From assembly GCA_951406725.2 (NCBI GenBank), contig OX597828.1, positions 50,034,001 through 50,098,000 on the forward strand: DNA of 64,000 nt, written 5' to 3'. Position numbers and translations under genes: made by a program. The first letter of the stretch is position 1. Every line of letters starts with the position of its first letter. This document shows positions 26,396-40,200 of the stretch, one piece after another. The notes under the pieces were generated by a model. That model did not search any database. It worked only from the letters and a program-made list of their open reading frames with translations, and was not told where the DNA came from. Origin of the DNA: Octopus vulgaris (lineage: Eukaryota).

Positions 26396-26512
26396 AAGAC
26401 AGCATTGGAGGTTGGTTGTGGTGTTGGCAATTTCTTGTTTCCACTGCTACAAGAAACCAGTTTGTTCTTCTATGCCTGTGACTTTTCGAAACGAGCTGTA
26501 GAATTCGTTAAG
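26396..26512 (+). CDS. METTL6: METTL6 coding exon 2 (SAM-binding motif I)
   Basis: [39 protein letters not shown]; CAG| acceptor, |GTAAAA donor; 117 nt. Not in the ORF track. Confidence 0.92.
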
Positions 26513-26902
26513 GTAAAATTTTTAATTATTATTTTTTCACATGTGTAACATAACTCTTGTAAATGGACTTTGAATTCACACTTCACTAATTGTATCAGTT
26601 GATTGAATCAAATCCAGTACTGACTTGTATTTTATTTTATCAATACTGGAAAAATGAAATATAAACTTGACCATGGCTGGATTTGAACTCAGAATGTAAA
26701 AGGAGGACTAAATCTTAAAAGCATGTTTTCTGCTGTTCTTCCGAGTTTGCCAATCAACTACCTATATAATGGGAGACAACTCATACAATATTCGCAATAG
26801 GGATGTAAAGATTATATGATAGTTTTACATCAGTTTTTCCAGGCTGGCATGAATTGGGTGAGTTTTCTCAGACAAATACTTTTCATGTTGTCAACCCATT
26901 TA

Positions 26903-27400
26903 ATAATAATAATAATAATGAAATTATTGTATACAGTGCTCAGGTGCACCACAACTTGTCAGAAAGTGCGTATAGAGTATATGCAGTAATGTACAAATGT
27001 CTGGAAAGCGAACAATGTAAGTCAGATACATGCTTGTGTGTGTATGGAGGGGAGAAAATCAGGTGTAGTGTTGGCGAATCTCAGGAAGCATGGAAGTTTT
27101 GAAGGATGAAGTGCTCCGACAACTAACAACCGATGCCAGCAGTTTATTCCATGCTTCAGCGTGTGTATGGAGGGGAGAAAATCAGGTGTAGTGTTGGCGA
27201 ATCTCAGGAAGCATGGAAGTTTTGAAGGATGAAGTGCTCCGACAACTAACAACCGATGCCAGCAGTTTGTTCCATGCTTCAGCAACTCTCAGCGTGAAAA
27301 AATGTTTCCTAAAGTCATGGGAGCTGTGTTGTTTTCTGACTTTGTAAACATGTCCACGGGTGTTAGACGGGTGGAGTTTGAAAAGGTGCTCAGAGTTAGA
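26903..27400 (-). mobile_element. CR1 3' end with internal 124-bp tandem duplication
   Basis: NTRGHVYKVRKQH...RKHFFTLRVAEAWNKL; (TAT)n tail; 27037-27160 repeated at 27161-27284. Confidence 0.8.
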
Positions 27401-27707
27401 CATGCAGGGACACTGTGTACCCATTCTAAAACTGCATAAATATTTTAATATTAGTAAAGTATTTTTTACTGCATCTTTGGGCCAATGAATGCCTTGTGAA
27501 TGAATTTAACAGATGGAAACTATTACAGCTCATCAGCATGGAAGATGGATGTTTAAAGGTGACAATGATGATGACATGTATGTGTGAATATGTTTTTATG
27601 GTTAATATTGTTCAACAACCAGCATTGGTTTATTTACGTCCCTGTCACTTGCGTCATTAATTAACAATGAACATGTTATTTGTATTATTTTGTTGTTTTT
27701 TTTTCAG

Positions 27708-27878
27708 CAAAATGAATATTATGATGAGAAAAGATGCAAAGTATTTGAGTGTGATATAACTGAAGATGATTTGATGGCCCACATCCCATCCCAGTCTGTT
27801 GATATTGTTTCATTAATTTTTGTCTTATCATCAATCCATCCTGATAAGATGCTCAAGTGTTTACAGAACATAAAGAAG
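27708..27878 (+). CDS. METTL6: METTL6 coding exon 3
   Basis: QNEYYDEKRCKVFECDIT...VDIVSLIFVLSSIHPDKM; AG/GT boundaries; 171 nt. Confidence 0.92.
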
Positions 27879-28593
27879 GTAAAACAAAAGTTTTTCATAA
27901 GTGGTAGTTGTGGTGGTGATGTTACTGGCAGTGGTGTTTACACTAGCTGCCAGCTAAAAATATTTCTAAATCATGCATGTACCTTCATAAATTGTGCAAA
28001 TAATGTTTAGATTGACTTTCTTGATGAACACTAATAATAGAAAATAAAATCATGTAAAAGCACCCACTACTCTCTCGGAATGATTGGTGTTAGGAAGGGC
28101 ATCCAGCTGTAGAAACATTGCCAGATCAGATTGGAGCCTGGTGCGGCCTCCTGACTTGCTAGTCCCCAGTCAAACCGTCAAACCTACGCCAGTATGGAAA
28201 ACAGACATTAAATGATGATGATGATTATATATATATATATATATATGAATAAATGAAAGAATGGAGTCGAACGAAGATGTTAACAAAATTCCTTTACTCT
28301 CGACACATGTTTCGAAGACAGCATATTTTCATTCCATGCTGACGATAAACATAGGATAATTCATTCACCTACTTATATATATATGTAGATATACATTTAT
28401 GTTTAGATATACATATATATGTAGATATACATATCTATATACATTTGTTTGTATAGATGTACATGCACATACAAACTATACATACAATAACACAAGACTC
28501 ATGGACACACGTTTAACTGTATACAAACATTTCCTAATTTTATTTGGTTTATCATGCAATTACAAAACTTGTCTGTCTGTCTGTATGTCACAG

Positions 28594-28735
28594 GTAATCA
28601 AACCCGGTGGTTGCCTTCTATTCCGAGATTATGGTCTCCATGACTATGCCATGTTACGTTTTGCACCCGGTCACAAATTAGCAGAAAATTTCTATGTACG
28701 GCAAGATGGCACTCGGGCGTATTATTTCTCAACAG
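28594..28735 (+). CDS. METTL6: METTL6 coding exon 4
   Basis: VIKPGGCLLFRDYGLHDYAMLRF...ENFYVRQDGTRAYYFST; donor G|GTAAG, phase 1. Confidence 0.92.
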
Positions 28736-28973
28736 GTAAGCTACTCTACATTCCTCTGCTACAGATAGGATGAATGTGATGTTTTTATATGATCAGGGAT
28801 CTATGCTATATTGTAGATATTATACAGTACCAACTATTGTATTTTGTAAATATTACATATAGTACACAGCTATAGTATGTCTGTGTGTCTGTTGAACAGC
28901 TGCTGTCACGTGTTTGATGAATTCGGTTATCAGCTGAGTCTTTCGTGAATATTGCCCCGCCACCTTCCTTTAA

Positions 28974-29196
28974 CCCTTTCGTTACCATATTTCTTTTGAG
29001 ATGCTCTGTGTTTCTTTCAATTAATTTTAAATACAACAAAGAATTTAATAAGATAACTTAGTTATCATTCAGCTAGTGTTAGGAACATAAATTGTGACTA
29101 AGGTTTGGTGGAAGATTTTAATTCAAAACTTAAGAAAACAAAGACATTTGTACTACAGAGCCAGAGCCGGTTTCAGCTGGATTGATATCGAAAGGG
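28974..29196. mobile_element. piggyBac-like MITE
   Basis: TTAA|CCCTTTCG...CGAAAGGG|TTAA. Confidence 0.8.
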
Positions 29197-29200
29197 TTAA

Positions 29201-30450
29201 CTGGGAAGGCAAGGCAGTTTTCGTTGTACTGGTGGTTGCTACCCACACTGCCATATGCACAGCTGGTAAAACAGCTTTACCAGGAAATGAAAGAGCATCA
29301 GCAACCAACAAGCCAGTCCAACTAAATGACATCACCATCAGCACTACCAAGAATAGAAACAACACCATCACAACCTACATCTATAGAAGCACCAAACGAA
29401 GAAGAGTAAAACAAAAAGACTTATACTCCACCCCCCAAAAACCCATACACCACATCCCAACTGTCACCAACTATCTATCTATCCGCTCAATTGAAGTTGA
29501 CTCTTGGTTACTCAATGGATCAGTGTTCTCCAGTCAGTTCTATCCTGGGTCGCTTCTTTCAGATTAGCTTACACTTTTAATCCATAGAGTACATTGGCCA
29601 AGATTCTGGGGTAGGTGACCAGGTCTTTCCCCAGGCCAGAGCCGTTTAGCCAGCATACTTACCATTTGCCGCTGCCACCCCCAGCACCACGGTGAGGGGA
29701 ACAGTTGGACTTTGAAGGGGGCACTAACCAACACCAACAACAAAATCAGCATTAACACACTCAGAAATAGACCCCTATATCCTTCCCCTGCCAGTTTCTG
29801 ATTCCTCCCACATGTCATCCGATGAAGGTGACATGGAGGAATGGCAAGTGGCTGCAGGTGGAAGGAGAAAAAGGGGGAAAAAAAGAATAGAGAAGCAAAC
29901 AAACAAAGCAGAGTGGTTCACCACTCCCAAAACCAAAACACCCACACAAAACAAAAGCATTAACACAAACACAGAAACACAATGAATCCACAATGCTGAC
30001 AGCAATAAACACAAACAATTCAAACACCAGAAGACAATGTCAAAACATCCTACATGTGACACAAAACACATACAACACACTGAAATCTCTCTATCCTGAT
30101 GCAGTAGGGAGATTTCAAATGTACTTATCAAAAGAATATATTCAAAAACCTCCTGAGAGAAAATTCCGAGGTGGAGAACAACCTACTTTCGAACAGTAAG
30201 GACCTATGGACAATCAACAGAGATCCCTGGCCTGGCAATGCTATAAGGAAGCATTGTCTGTTTGGGATAAGTTCTACAGGCACAGTTCGAGAAACACTGG
30301 ACCAACTTGCCCAGAGCGACGAAACCATTCTGCATGCACTCATGTAGTGTCCAACCATTTCAGACTTGTGGGCTTATGTCGAACAGCTGCTGTCATGTGT
30401 AGGACGAATTTGGTTATCGGCCGAGTCCCTTGTGAATATTGCCCTGCAGC
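29201..30450 (+). mobile_element. Decayed Tx1/L1-like LINE relic (ORF1-like remnant plus ORF2 C-terminal zinc finger)
   Basis: RSLAWQCYKEAL...GPTCP / SDETILHALM*CPTISDLWAYVEQLL; the same motif recurs at 28890-28968. Confidence 0.55.
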
Positions 30451-30797
30451 CTGACTGGCCCCTGTGCCGGTGGCATGTAGAAGCACCCACTACACTCTCG
30501 AAGTGGTTGGTGTTAGGAAGGGCATCCAGCTGTAGTAAACTCTGCCAGATCAAGATTGGAGCCTGGTGCAGCCATCTGGTTCGCCAGCCCTCAGTCAAAC
30601 CGTCCAACCCATGCTAGCATGGAAAGTGGACGTTAAACAACGACGATGATGATGATACACACACACACACAAACAGCTGTTGTACATTGTAGAATTATAT
30701 TTAGCACAGTATGGTACAGTATATAGTATAGTATATACTATAGTACAGTATATGCTGACACCTTTAATATTAAAGCTATTCTTTCTTTCTTTTTCAG

Positions 30798-30943
30798 AGT
30801 TTATTGAACATTTACTGTGTGATGCTGGTTATGATATCCGTCAACTCCATTATGTGAAACGGGAGACTGTCAACAAGAAAGAAGGGCTTTGTGTACCACG
30901 TATATTTGTACAAGGGAAGTTCATGGTGACAACATCTTCTTGA
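30798..30943 (+). CDS. METTL6: METTL6 terminal coding exon
   Basis: (E)FIEHLLCDAGY...YVKRETVNKKEGLCVPRIFVQGKF...TGA; frame fits the phase-1 donor; total protein 273 aa. Confidence 0.9.
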
Positions 30944-30977
30944 AGTTTGTGTGTGTGTTGCGGGGTGTCTTTTTGTA

Positions 30978-31489
30978 CCGTAAATCCTCGAGTATAGTCC
31001 GCCCTTAAGTATAATATGCAGGGTATTTTTAGGGGGCTGTACCTCTGAAAAACTGAAACCTTGTTTATAATACGCACCCCTTCTCTAAATTGAGTCAAGG
31101 AGGTGTACATAATGTCCTTGGTTTGTAAAAATGTATACGGTAACGTCGTTTATTAGTATTGTATATATAACATAATGCAAACGTGTAGCTTTTTTGTGCA
31201 TTTTGTTTGCAGAAAATAAAGAAATAACAGTAATAACGTTTAATAAATGTTGCTTACTGCAAGTTATGGATGATTCTTTTATGACTTCATTGCTTTCAGG
31301 CTTAGCTTAAGGTATTTTCGCGCCCGACATCACAAAATGCGTCTGAATAAACATTGCCGGACAGCAAATAGAGACTCGGACATTGCTTAGAAAATAATTT
31401 TCATTTTTAACTGCGTATATAGTACGCACTCGGGATTTTGACCCTTAAATTTTGGGGAAAAAATGCGGATTATACTTGAGGATTTACGG
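30978..31489. mobile_element. pogo/Tigger-like MITE in the METTL6 3' region
   Basis: TA|CCGTAAATCCTCGAGTATA...TATACTTGAGGATTTACGG|TA; related inverted copy at ~59190-59707. Confidence 0.75.
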
Positions 31490-34228
31490 TATTTCTGCTT
31501 GGTTACATCATCTTAAGGTTCTCTGTGGGTGTATATATATCATTGTCATCATCACATTAACATCTACTTTTCCATGCTTGCATGTGTCAGACAGAGTTTA
31601 TTGAGACAGATTTTCTACAGCTCGATGCCATAATTGTTGTCAACCCTCTCCTTTTTTTCAAACAGGGTAATATTTCCCTCCATGATGAAACATGTTTTCA
31701 CAGAAATTTGGAAGTGAATTTACACTACTTGTATGACAATTATTTACAGCTATCATGTGATGTCAAAATAAGGGGACACAAAAATACACTCACACACCCA
31801 CAACTCTGACTGCCCCCTCCCTCCGCCGACTGATCTTGGTCGGTGTTTGTGGACACTACGCTTACTCTTTTACTTGTTTCAGTCACTTGACTGTGGCCAT
31901 GCTGGAGCACTGCCTTTAGTGGAGCAAATTGACCCCAGGACTTATTCTTTGTAAGCCTATTACTTATTCTATCGGTCACTTTTGCCGAACTGCTAAGTTA
32001 TGGGGATGTAAACACACCAGCATCGGTTAAGCGATGTTGGGGGGACAAACATAGACACTCACACATACGTATATATATACACACACACACATATATACGA
32101 TGGGTTTCTGTCTACCAAATCCACTCATGAGGGCTATAGTAGAAGACACTTGCCCAAGGTGCCACGCAGTGGGACTGAACCCGGAACCAAGTGGTTGGTA
32201 AGCAAGCTACTTTATTTTATTAAATTTGCCATAAAGGCAATACAGAGAGGGGACACTACAACACATGTGGGGACATATAACATTAAAAAATAAAATATGA
32301 TATAATTAATGAACATGAAAATGCACATGAAGAACAAATTAAAATATGATAAATATGATATTATGAAGAGTGTGCTACTCACCCCACACTGAGTAACACA
32401 ACTCGCTGTCTCTGGGTCCTGAGTCCCTTTTTCTCGTTTCATCCAATCCTTTTCCCCTTTTCACTGTCACTTAAAGATAACATTCTCTCTGTCATGCATT
32501 CATATCCTTTTTCATCGGGAGGGGGGTCTTCTAAATTTTGTGGTATCTGGTCTTTCTTTTTCTTTTTTTCTTGAGGGGAAATGGGGGTGGGTGGGTTTGG
32601 TGTCTGTATGGGGAGGGTGGGTCTGAGTGGTCTTGGGTGGGATGGGGTTGGACTGGGGTACCACATCATACTCAGTGTCTTTTCTTTTTTCCTCTTTCTC
32701 CTTTTGCATTCTGCAATTTTCCATTCTTCCTCTTTTTTATCGTTTCCTTCGTCTATTTTGTCTTCCTCTCTTTTCTCTTCTGTCTCCGCAACTATATCCT
32801 CAGCCATAATTCTTCGTAGAGGGCAGTATGCTCTAATCTGGCCCTTTTGGCCACATTTAAAGCAACGTGGTACTCTGCCCTCTACCCACACCCTCAGCAC
32901 GATTTCCCCCTGCATCACAGTCTCTGCCAAGTTCTCGAGTTGTCCCTCCTCCGTCTGAATAATTAATTCGAGCGTCCTTCCTTTCCACCCTCCTTCTTCC
33001 ATTTCCGTGGCCTGGAGGACAGCCACTTCCTCTTCACTTCCAATGAGGACGGCTGCCACAACCCAAGCCACATTTATATCAGGCGGAATTCCTTCTACCC
33101 TTATCTTGGAAGTCCTTCTTCCAAGATACGTGGGTAGAAGGACCATTTCCTTCGTCTTTACCGTTTTACCCACCAGCCTCCTTGCCTCCTCCTCTTCTAA
33201 ACTGGACTACCATTGTCCCATATTGGCATCCTCTTGTCATGTATATTACTCCGTTGGATTCCTCCTTTACTGCCTTTTCTATTTTCTCTATTTCTATTAG
33301 GTCGACCGTCTTACTCTTTATCGAGTAATAATAATAATAATAGTTGTGTACAGTGCTCAGGTGCACTACAACTCATCTAAAGTGTATGTATAGTACATAG
33401 GGTAATGTACAAGCGTCAGGAAAAGAACAGTGCATGAGTCATGACATACACGTATGAGTATGGAAGGGGGACAATCAGTTGTAGTTTCGGCGGATTTCGG
33501 AAAGCATGAGGGCCTTAAAAGATGCAGTGTCATGGCAGTCAACAACTGACGCAGGCAGTTTATTCCATGTTTCTGAAAGTCATGGGAGCTGTGTTGTTTT
33601 CTGACTTTGTAGGCATGTCCACGTGTGTTGGACACATGGAGATCAAAAAGGTGTTCAGTGTTGTTGTTGGTGAGGTGGTTGATAACTTGGTGGGTGTTTA
33701 CCAAGTCCATCGCCAGACGCTGGAGCTTCAGTGAATCCATGCCCAGGGAAACAAGGCGCTCAGATTATGGTAGGTCTCTGATAGAGGGTATGTGTTTGGT
33801 TACACGTCTCTGAACAGATTCCAGGAGGTCAATGTTCTGAGCAAGATAGGGGTTCCGAACTGATGATGCGAATTCCAATAGATGGCTGGAGAGCGGCTAA
33901 CAAAAGTCCTGCTGAGTGATGCCAAGACACCCTCGGCCTTCTTGACAATTTTAGAGATATGCTTTGTCCAACGCAAATCACTGCTGACAGTGATGCCTAG
34001 GTCACACTCGCAAGAGGATCTCTTGGTATCAGTGTTATGGAGGGAGTATGTGGACGCAGGGTTTTTTCTCCCAAAACGCATGGTGGTACACTTGTCCACA
34101 GCCAGTTTCAGTTGCCAGTCTGTGATCCATTGCTGCATTGTGTCTAGGTCTGATTGCAGGAAAGAGTTGTAGACATCAGGATCTGTCCTCTTGATTTCAA
34201 GGTACAGCTTGATGTTGTCTGCATATTT

Positions 34229-34328
34229 NNNNNNNNNNNNNNNNNNNNNNNNNNNNNNNNNNNNNNNNNNNNNNNNNNNNNNNNNNNNNNNNNNNNNNNN
34301 NNNNNNNNNNNNNNNNNNNNNNNNNNNN
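34229..34328. other. 100-N scaffold gap flanked by a 3.84-kb overlap duplication
   Basis: 30388-34228 is repeated at 34329-38170 with only a few small indels in low-complexity runs. The repeat includes a second copy of the METTL6 last exon (34739-34884). Confidence 0.9.
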
Positions 34329-36152
34329 TGCTGTCATGTGTAGGACGAATTTGGTTATCGGCCGAGTCCCTTGTGAATATTGCCCTGCAGCCTGACTGGC
34401 CCCTGTGCCGGTGGCATGTAGAAGCACCCACTACACTCTCGAAGTGGTTGGTGTTAGGAAGGGCATCCAGCTGTAGTAAACTCTGCCAGATCAAGATTGG
34501 AGCCTGGTGCAGCCATCTGGTTCGCCAGCCCTCAGTCAAACCGTCCAACCCATGCTAGCATGGAAAGTGGACGTTAAACAACGACGATGATGATGATACA
34601 CACACACACACAAACAGCTGTTGTACATTGTAGAATTATATTTAGCACAGTATGGTACAGTATATAGTATAGTATATACTATAGTACAGTATATGCTGAC
34701 ACCTTTAATATTAAAGCTATTCTTTCTTTCTTTTTCAGAGTTTATTGAACATTTACTGTGTGATGCTGGTTATGATATCCGTCAACTCCATTATGTGAAA
34801 CGGGAGACTGTCAACAAGAAAGAAGGGCTTTGTGTACCACGTATATTTGTACAAGGGAAGTTCATGGTGACAACATCTTCTTGAAGTTTGTGTGTGTGTT
34901 GCGGGGTGTCTTTTTGTACCGTAAATCCTCGAGTATAGTCCGCCCTTAAGTATAATATGCAGGGTATTTTTAGGGGCTGTACCTCTGAAAAACTGAAACC
35001 TTGTTTATAATACGCACCCCTTCTCTAAATTGAGTCAAGGAGGTGTACATAATGTCCTTGGTTTGTAAAAATGTATACGGTAACGTCGTTTATTAGTATT
35101 GTATATATAACATAATGCAAACGTGTAGCTTTTTTGTGCATTTTGTTTGCAGAAAATAAAGAAATAACAGTAATAACGTTTAATAAATGTTGCTTACTGC
35201 AAGTTATGGATGATTCTTTTATGACTTCATTGCTTTCAGGCTTAGCTTAAGGTATTTTCGCGCCCGACATCACAAAATGCGTCTGAATAAACATTGCCGG
35301 ACAGCAAATAGAGACTCGGACATTGCTTAGAAAATAATTTTCATTTTTAACTGCGTATATAGTACGCACTCGGGATTTTGACCCTTAAATTTTGGGGAAA
35401 AAATGCGGATTATACTTGAGGATTTACGGTATTTCTGCTTGGTTACATCATCTTAAGGTTCTCTGTGGGTGTATATATATCATTGTCATCATCACATTAA
35501 CATCTACTTTTCCATGCTTGCATGTGTCAGACAGAGTTTATTGAGACAGATTTTCTACAGCTCGATGCCATAATTGTTGTCAACCCTCTCCTTTTTTTCA
35601 AACAGGGTAATATTTCCCTCCATGATGAAACATGTTTTCACAGAAATTTGGAAGTGAATTTACACTACTTGTATGACAATTATTTACAGCTATCATGTGA
35701 TGTCAAAATAAGGGGACACAAAAATACACTCACACACCCACAACTCTGACTGCCCCCTCCCTCCGCCGACTGATCTTGGTCGGTGTTTGTGGACACTACG
35801 CTTACTCTTTTACTTGTTTCAGTCACTTGACTGTGGCCATGCTGGAGCACTGCCTTTAGTGGAGCAAATTGACCCCAGGACTTATTCTTTGTAAGCCTAT
35901 TACTTATTCTATCGGTCACTTTTGCCGAACTGCTAAGTTATGGGGATGTAAACACACCAGCATCGGTTAAGCGATGTTGGGGGGACAAACATAGACACTC
36001 ACACATACGTATATATATACACACACACACATATATACGATGGGTTTCTGTCTACCAAATCCACTCATGAGGGCTATAGTAGAAGACACTTGCCCAAGGT
36101 GCCACGCAGTGGGACTGAACCCGGAACCAAGTGGTTGGTAAGCAAGCTACTT

Positions 36153-37266
36153 TATTTTATTAAATTTGCCATAAAGGCAATACAGAGAGGGGACACTACA
36201 ACACATGTGGGGACATATAACATTAAAAAATAAAATATGATATAATTAATGAACATGAAAATGCACATGAAGAACAAATTAAAATATGATAAATATGATA
36301 TTATGAAGAGTGTGCTACTCACCCCACACTGAGTAACACAACTCGCTGTCTCTGGGTCCTGAGTCCCTTTTTCTCGTTTCATCCAATCCTTTTCCCCTTT
36401 TCACTGTCACTTAAAGATAACATTCTCTCTGTCATGCATTCATATCCTTTTTCATCGGGAGGGGGGTCTTCTAAATTTTGTGGTATCTGGTCTTTCTTTT
36501 TCTTTTTTTCTTGAGGGGAAATGGGGGTGGGTGGGTTTGGTGTCTGTATGGGGAGGGTGGGTCTGAGTGGTCTTGGGTGGGATGGGGTTGGACTGGGGTA
36601 CCACATCATACTCAGTGTCTTTTCTTTTTTTCCTCTTTCTCTCTTTTGCATTCTGCAATTTTCCATTCTTCCTCTTTTTTATCGTTTCCTTCGTCTATTT
36701 TGTCTTCCTCTCTTTTCTCTTCTGTCTCCGCAACTATATCCTCAGCCATAATTCTTCGTAGAGGGCAGTATGCTCTAATCTGGCCCTTTTGGCCACATTT
36801 AAAGCAACGTGGTACTCTGCCCTCTACCCACACCCTCAGCACGATTTCCCCCTGCATCACAGTCTCTGCCAAGTTCTCGAGTTGTCCCTCCTCCGTCTGA
36901 ATAATTAATTCGAGCGTCCTTCCTTTCCACCCTCCTTCTTCCATTTCCGTGGCCTGGAGGACAGCCACTTCCTCTTCACTTCCAATGAGGACGGCTGCCA
37001 CAACCCAAGCCACATTTATATCAGGCGGAATTCCTTCTACCCTTATCTTGGAAGTCCTTCTTCCAAGATACGTGGGTAGAAGGACCATTTCCTTCGTCTT
37101 TACCGTTTTACCCACCAGCCTCCTTGCCTCCTCCTCTTCTAAACTGGACTACCATTGTCCCATATTGGCATCCTCTTGTCATGTATATTACTCCGTTGGA
37201 TTCCTCCTTTACTGCCTTTTCTATTTTCTCTATTTCTATTAGGTCGACCGTCTTACTCTTTATCGA
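36153..37266 (-). mobile_element. Tx1/L1-like element: ORF1 fragment joined to a 3' UTR and A-rich tail, no ORF2 (artefactual copy at 32213-33324)
   Basis: LLPTYLGRRTSKIRVEGIPP...VEGRVPRCFKCGQKGQIRAYC (zinc knuckle); ends TTTAATAAAATA next to the TSD. Confidence 0.75.
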
Positions 37267-40200
37267 GTAATAATAATAATAATAGTTGTGTACAGTGCTC
37301 AGGTGCACTACAACTCATCTAAAGTGTATGTATAGTACATAGGGTAATGTACAAGCGTCAGGAAAAGAACAGTGCATGAGTCATGACATACACGTATGAG
37401 TATGGAAGGGGGACAATCAGTTGTAGTTTCGGCGGATTTCGGAAAGCATGAGGGCCTTAAAAGATGCAGTGTCATGGCAGTCAACAACTGACGCAGGCAG
37501 TTTATTCCATGTTTCTGAAAGTCATGGGAGCTGTGTTGTTTTCTGACTTTGTAGGCATGTCCACGTGTGTTGGACACATGGAGATCAAAAAGGTGTTCAG
37601 TGTTGTTGTTGGTGAGGTGGTTGATAACTTGGTGGGTGTTTACCAAGTCCATCGCCAGACGCTGGAGCTTCAGTGAATCCATGCCCAGGGAAACAAGGCG
37701 CTCAGATTATGGTAGGTCTCTGATAGAGGGTATGTGTTTGGTTACACGTCTCTGAACAGATTCCAGGAGGTCAATGTTCTGAGCAAGATAGGGGTTCCGA
37801 ACTGATGATGCGAATTCCAATAGATGGCTGGAGAGCGGCTAACAAAAGTCCTGCTGAGTGATGCCAAGACACCCTCGGCCTTCTTGACAATTTTAGAGAT
37901 ATGCTTTGTCCAACGCAAATCACTGCTGACAGTGATGCCTAGGTCACACTCGCAAGAGGATCTCTTGGTATCAGTGTTATGGAGGGAGTATGTGGACGCA
38001 GGGTTTTTTCTCCCAAAACGCATGGTGGTACACTTGTCCACAGCCAGTTTCAGTTGCCAGTCTGTGATCCATTGCTGCATTGTGTCTAGGTCTGATTGCA
38101 GGAAAGAGTTGTAGACATCAGGATCTGTCCTCTTGATTTCAAGGTACAGCTTGATGTTGTCTGCATATTTCAATACTGTGGCATTCTTTAAATAGGGAAC
38201 TATGTCATTAATGTATGCTATAAACAAGAGGGGCCCAAGAACAGATCCCTGTGGTACACCCGATGACATCTCATATGGTGTAGAATGCTGTCCTAGAACT
38301 GTGACTACCTCCTTTCGGCTGAGAACGAAGGATTTCAACCAGTTAAAAAGATCATCCCTCACACCCATTGCAGAGTTCACCATAAGCCTTTTGTGTGGCA
38401 CAGAATTAAAAGCCTTAGCAAAGTCAAGGTAGACAACATCCACCCATGAGCCACTGTCAGTAATCTGAGTAATGTCCTCAAGGAACTCGACAAGCTGATC
38501 ACTGCAGCTGGAGTTAGGGACAAATCCATATTGTGAGGGTCGGATGAGACTGTGAGAGTTCCAGAAGTTCCAAAGTGTTTCTCTGACACACGATTCCATC
38601 AGTTTTGCAATACAGCTAGTGAGACTGACTGGGCGATAGTTGACAGGTGATGTGCGGTCGCCCTTTTTGAACAGAGGAATGACACTGGCAGTTTTCCACT
38701 GCTCCGGAGTAGCACCATTGTTGAGACAGTACTGGAAAAAAATAGAAAGCTGGTGTGAAAGGAAGTACCTGCCATGTTTGAGAAGCAGGTGTGTAATGCC
38801 ATCAAGACCAGGGGAGGCATAGTTGCGCTTATTTTGAAGGTGACGTCGCAGCATTGCAGGTGTAAATTCCATAGTTGTTATGGAATTTGCTGTTAGAGAT
38901 GGTGAAGATGGTACATTTTGATTTTCAACTGTGAATATGCTTGCATAGCACTTGGCAATGAGTTCTGCACATTCCTTGGGATTGTCAGTGATCTGGCTTG
39001 TGTGAGGGTTGCGAAGAGGGCCCACTGGAGAGTGAGGTCTCTGCTTCGAATGCACATATTTCCAGAAAACCTTGCTGTCAGGATTGGCTGCTATGCACTG
39101 TTCAAATTCAAGCACTGCTTTTTTGTCACTTGCTTGAGATGGTTGGAAGATTTATTCCGTTTTTTCCTGTTGGTGTCTGATTTATGCAACTTGTATTCCC
39201 GTTCAGCAGTCCGACGTTCCTTCCTGGCAAGTCGGACCGCTGAAGTTTCCCAAATTGCACTTTTGGACAGTTCTTATTTTTCTGTTTACGTGGCACTGAT
39301 GCTGCACATACAGCCCATATTGAGTCCAGGATACTCTGGAGTATAGTATTCACATCTCCAGAGTTGTAGAATTCACGCCAGTTTGGGTGCTGTAATTCAG
39401 TGTGGTACAGGTTCCAATCGAAGGAAGCAGATTGGAGATGGTTCAGGTTTTTGTTGTTGCCCACAAGAGCCAGATTGGTGATAATCATAGCATGATCAGA
39501 GTCACCTAGAGGTTCCTCCGTAGTACAATTGATAACCGCTTCAGGAGTTGTGGTGAAGAGCAGGTCCAAGGTGTTGTCGCCTCTTGTTGGAGAGGTGACT
39601 ACTTGTGACCAGTTTGAGTCCAGTACAAGCTCAACGAAATCGTTTGCACTCTGTGGCCAATGGAAGGTTTCCCAATTGATCTCAGGATGATTGAAGTCGC
39701 CTGCAATAAAAACATAAGTGGCTGTTTTCCTGGCAGCAGCTCGGAGTATATCGCAAAGCTGTGTGTCTTGACGGTAATTTGGGGGACGATAAACAATGCC
39801 AAGCAGGTGTGTTGACATGGTCATACGTACGTCACAGAAAAAAACTTCTTGTGATTCATTCAAATCAGCGCAAGGAATTACCGAAAAATTTGAACGAACG
39901 TAGACCATCACACCACCACCACGGCGGTTAATGCGGTCCTTGCGGAAAAGGTTGTACCCAGTAATATTGAAAACCCCATCACAGAGTAAGGAATGTGCCC
40001 ATGTTTCCGTGACTGTGATGAAGTCAGGGTCAATACTTCTGACATAGGAGTTGAACAGATGTATTTTGTTGCATAAACTGCGAGCATTTAAGGACAACAA
40101 TTTGTACCCTGCTTGCAGTTTATGATGGTGTGTAGAGGATGGCAGGTTGTTCTGGTTTAGTTTCCCAGAGTTGCTGTAGTTTTTTTTCCATTTTCAGTTA

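Noticed and set aside
34329-38170. Apparent tandem duplication of the METTL6 last exon and 3' flank (alternative last exon)
   Set aside because: Both copies end exactly at a 100-N gap and differ only by small indels in low-complexity runs, which indicates an unmerged contig overlap. Half read depth would confirm.
37742-40100. Active CR1 ORF2 or domesticated RT gene
   Set aside because: Frameshifts separate EN and RT and disrupt the C-terminus, and the catalytic YADD is YADN.
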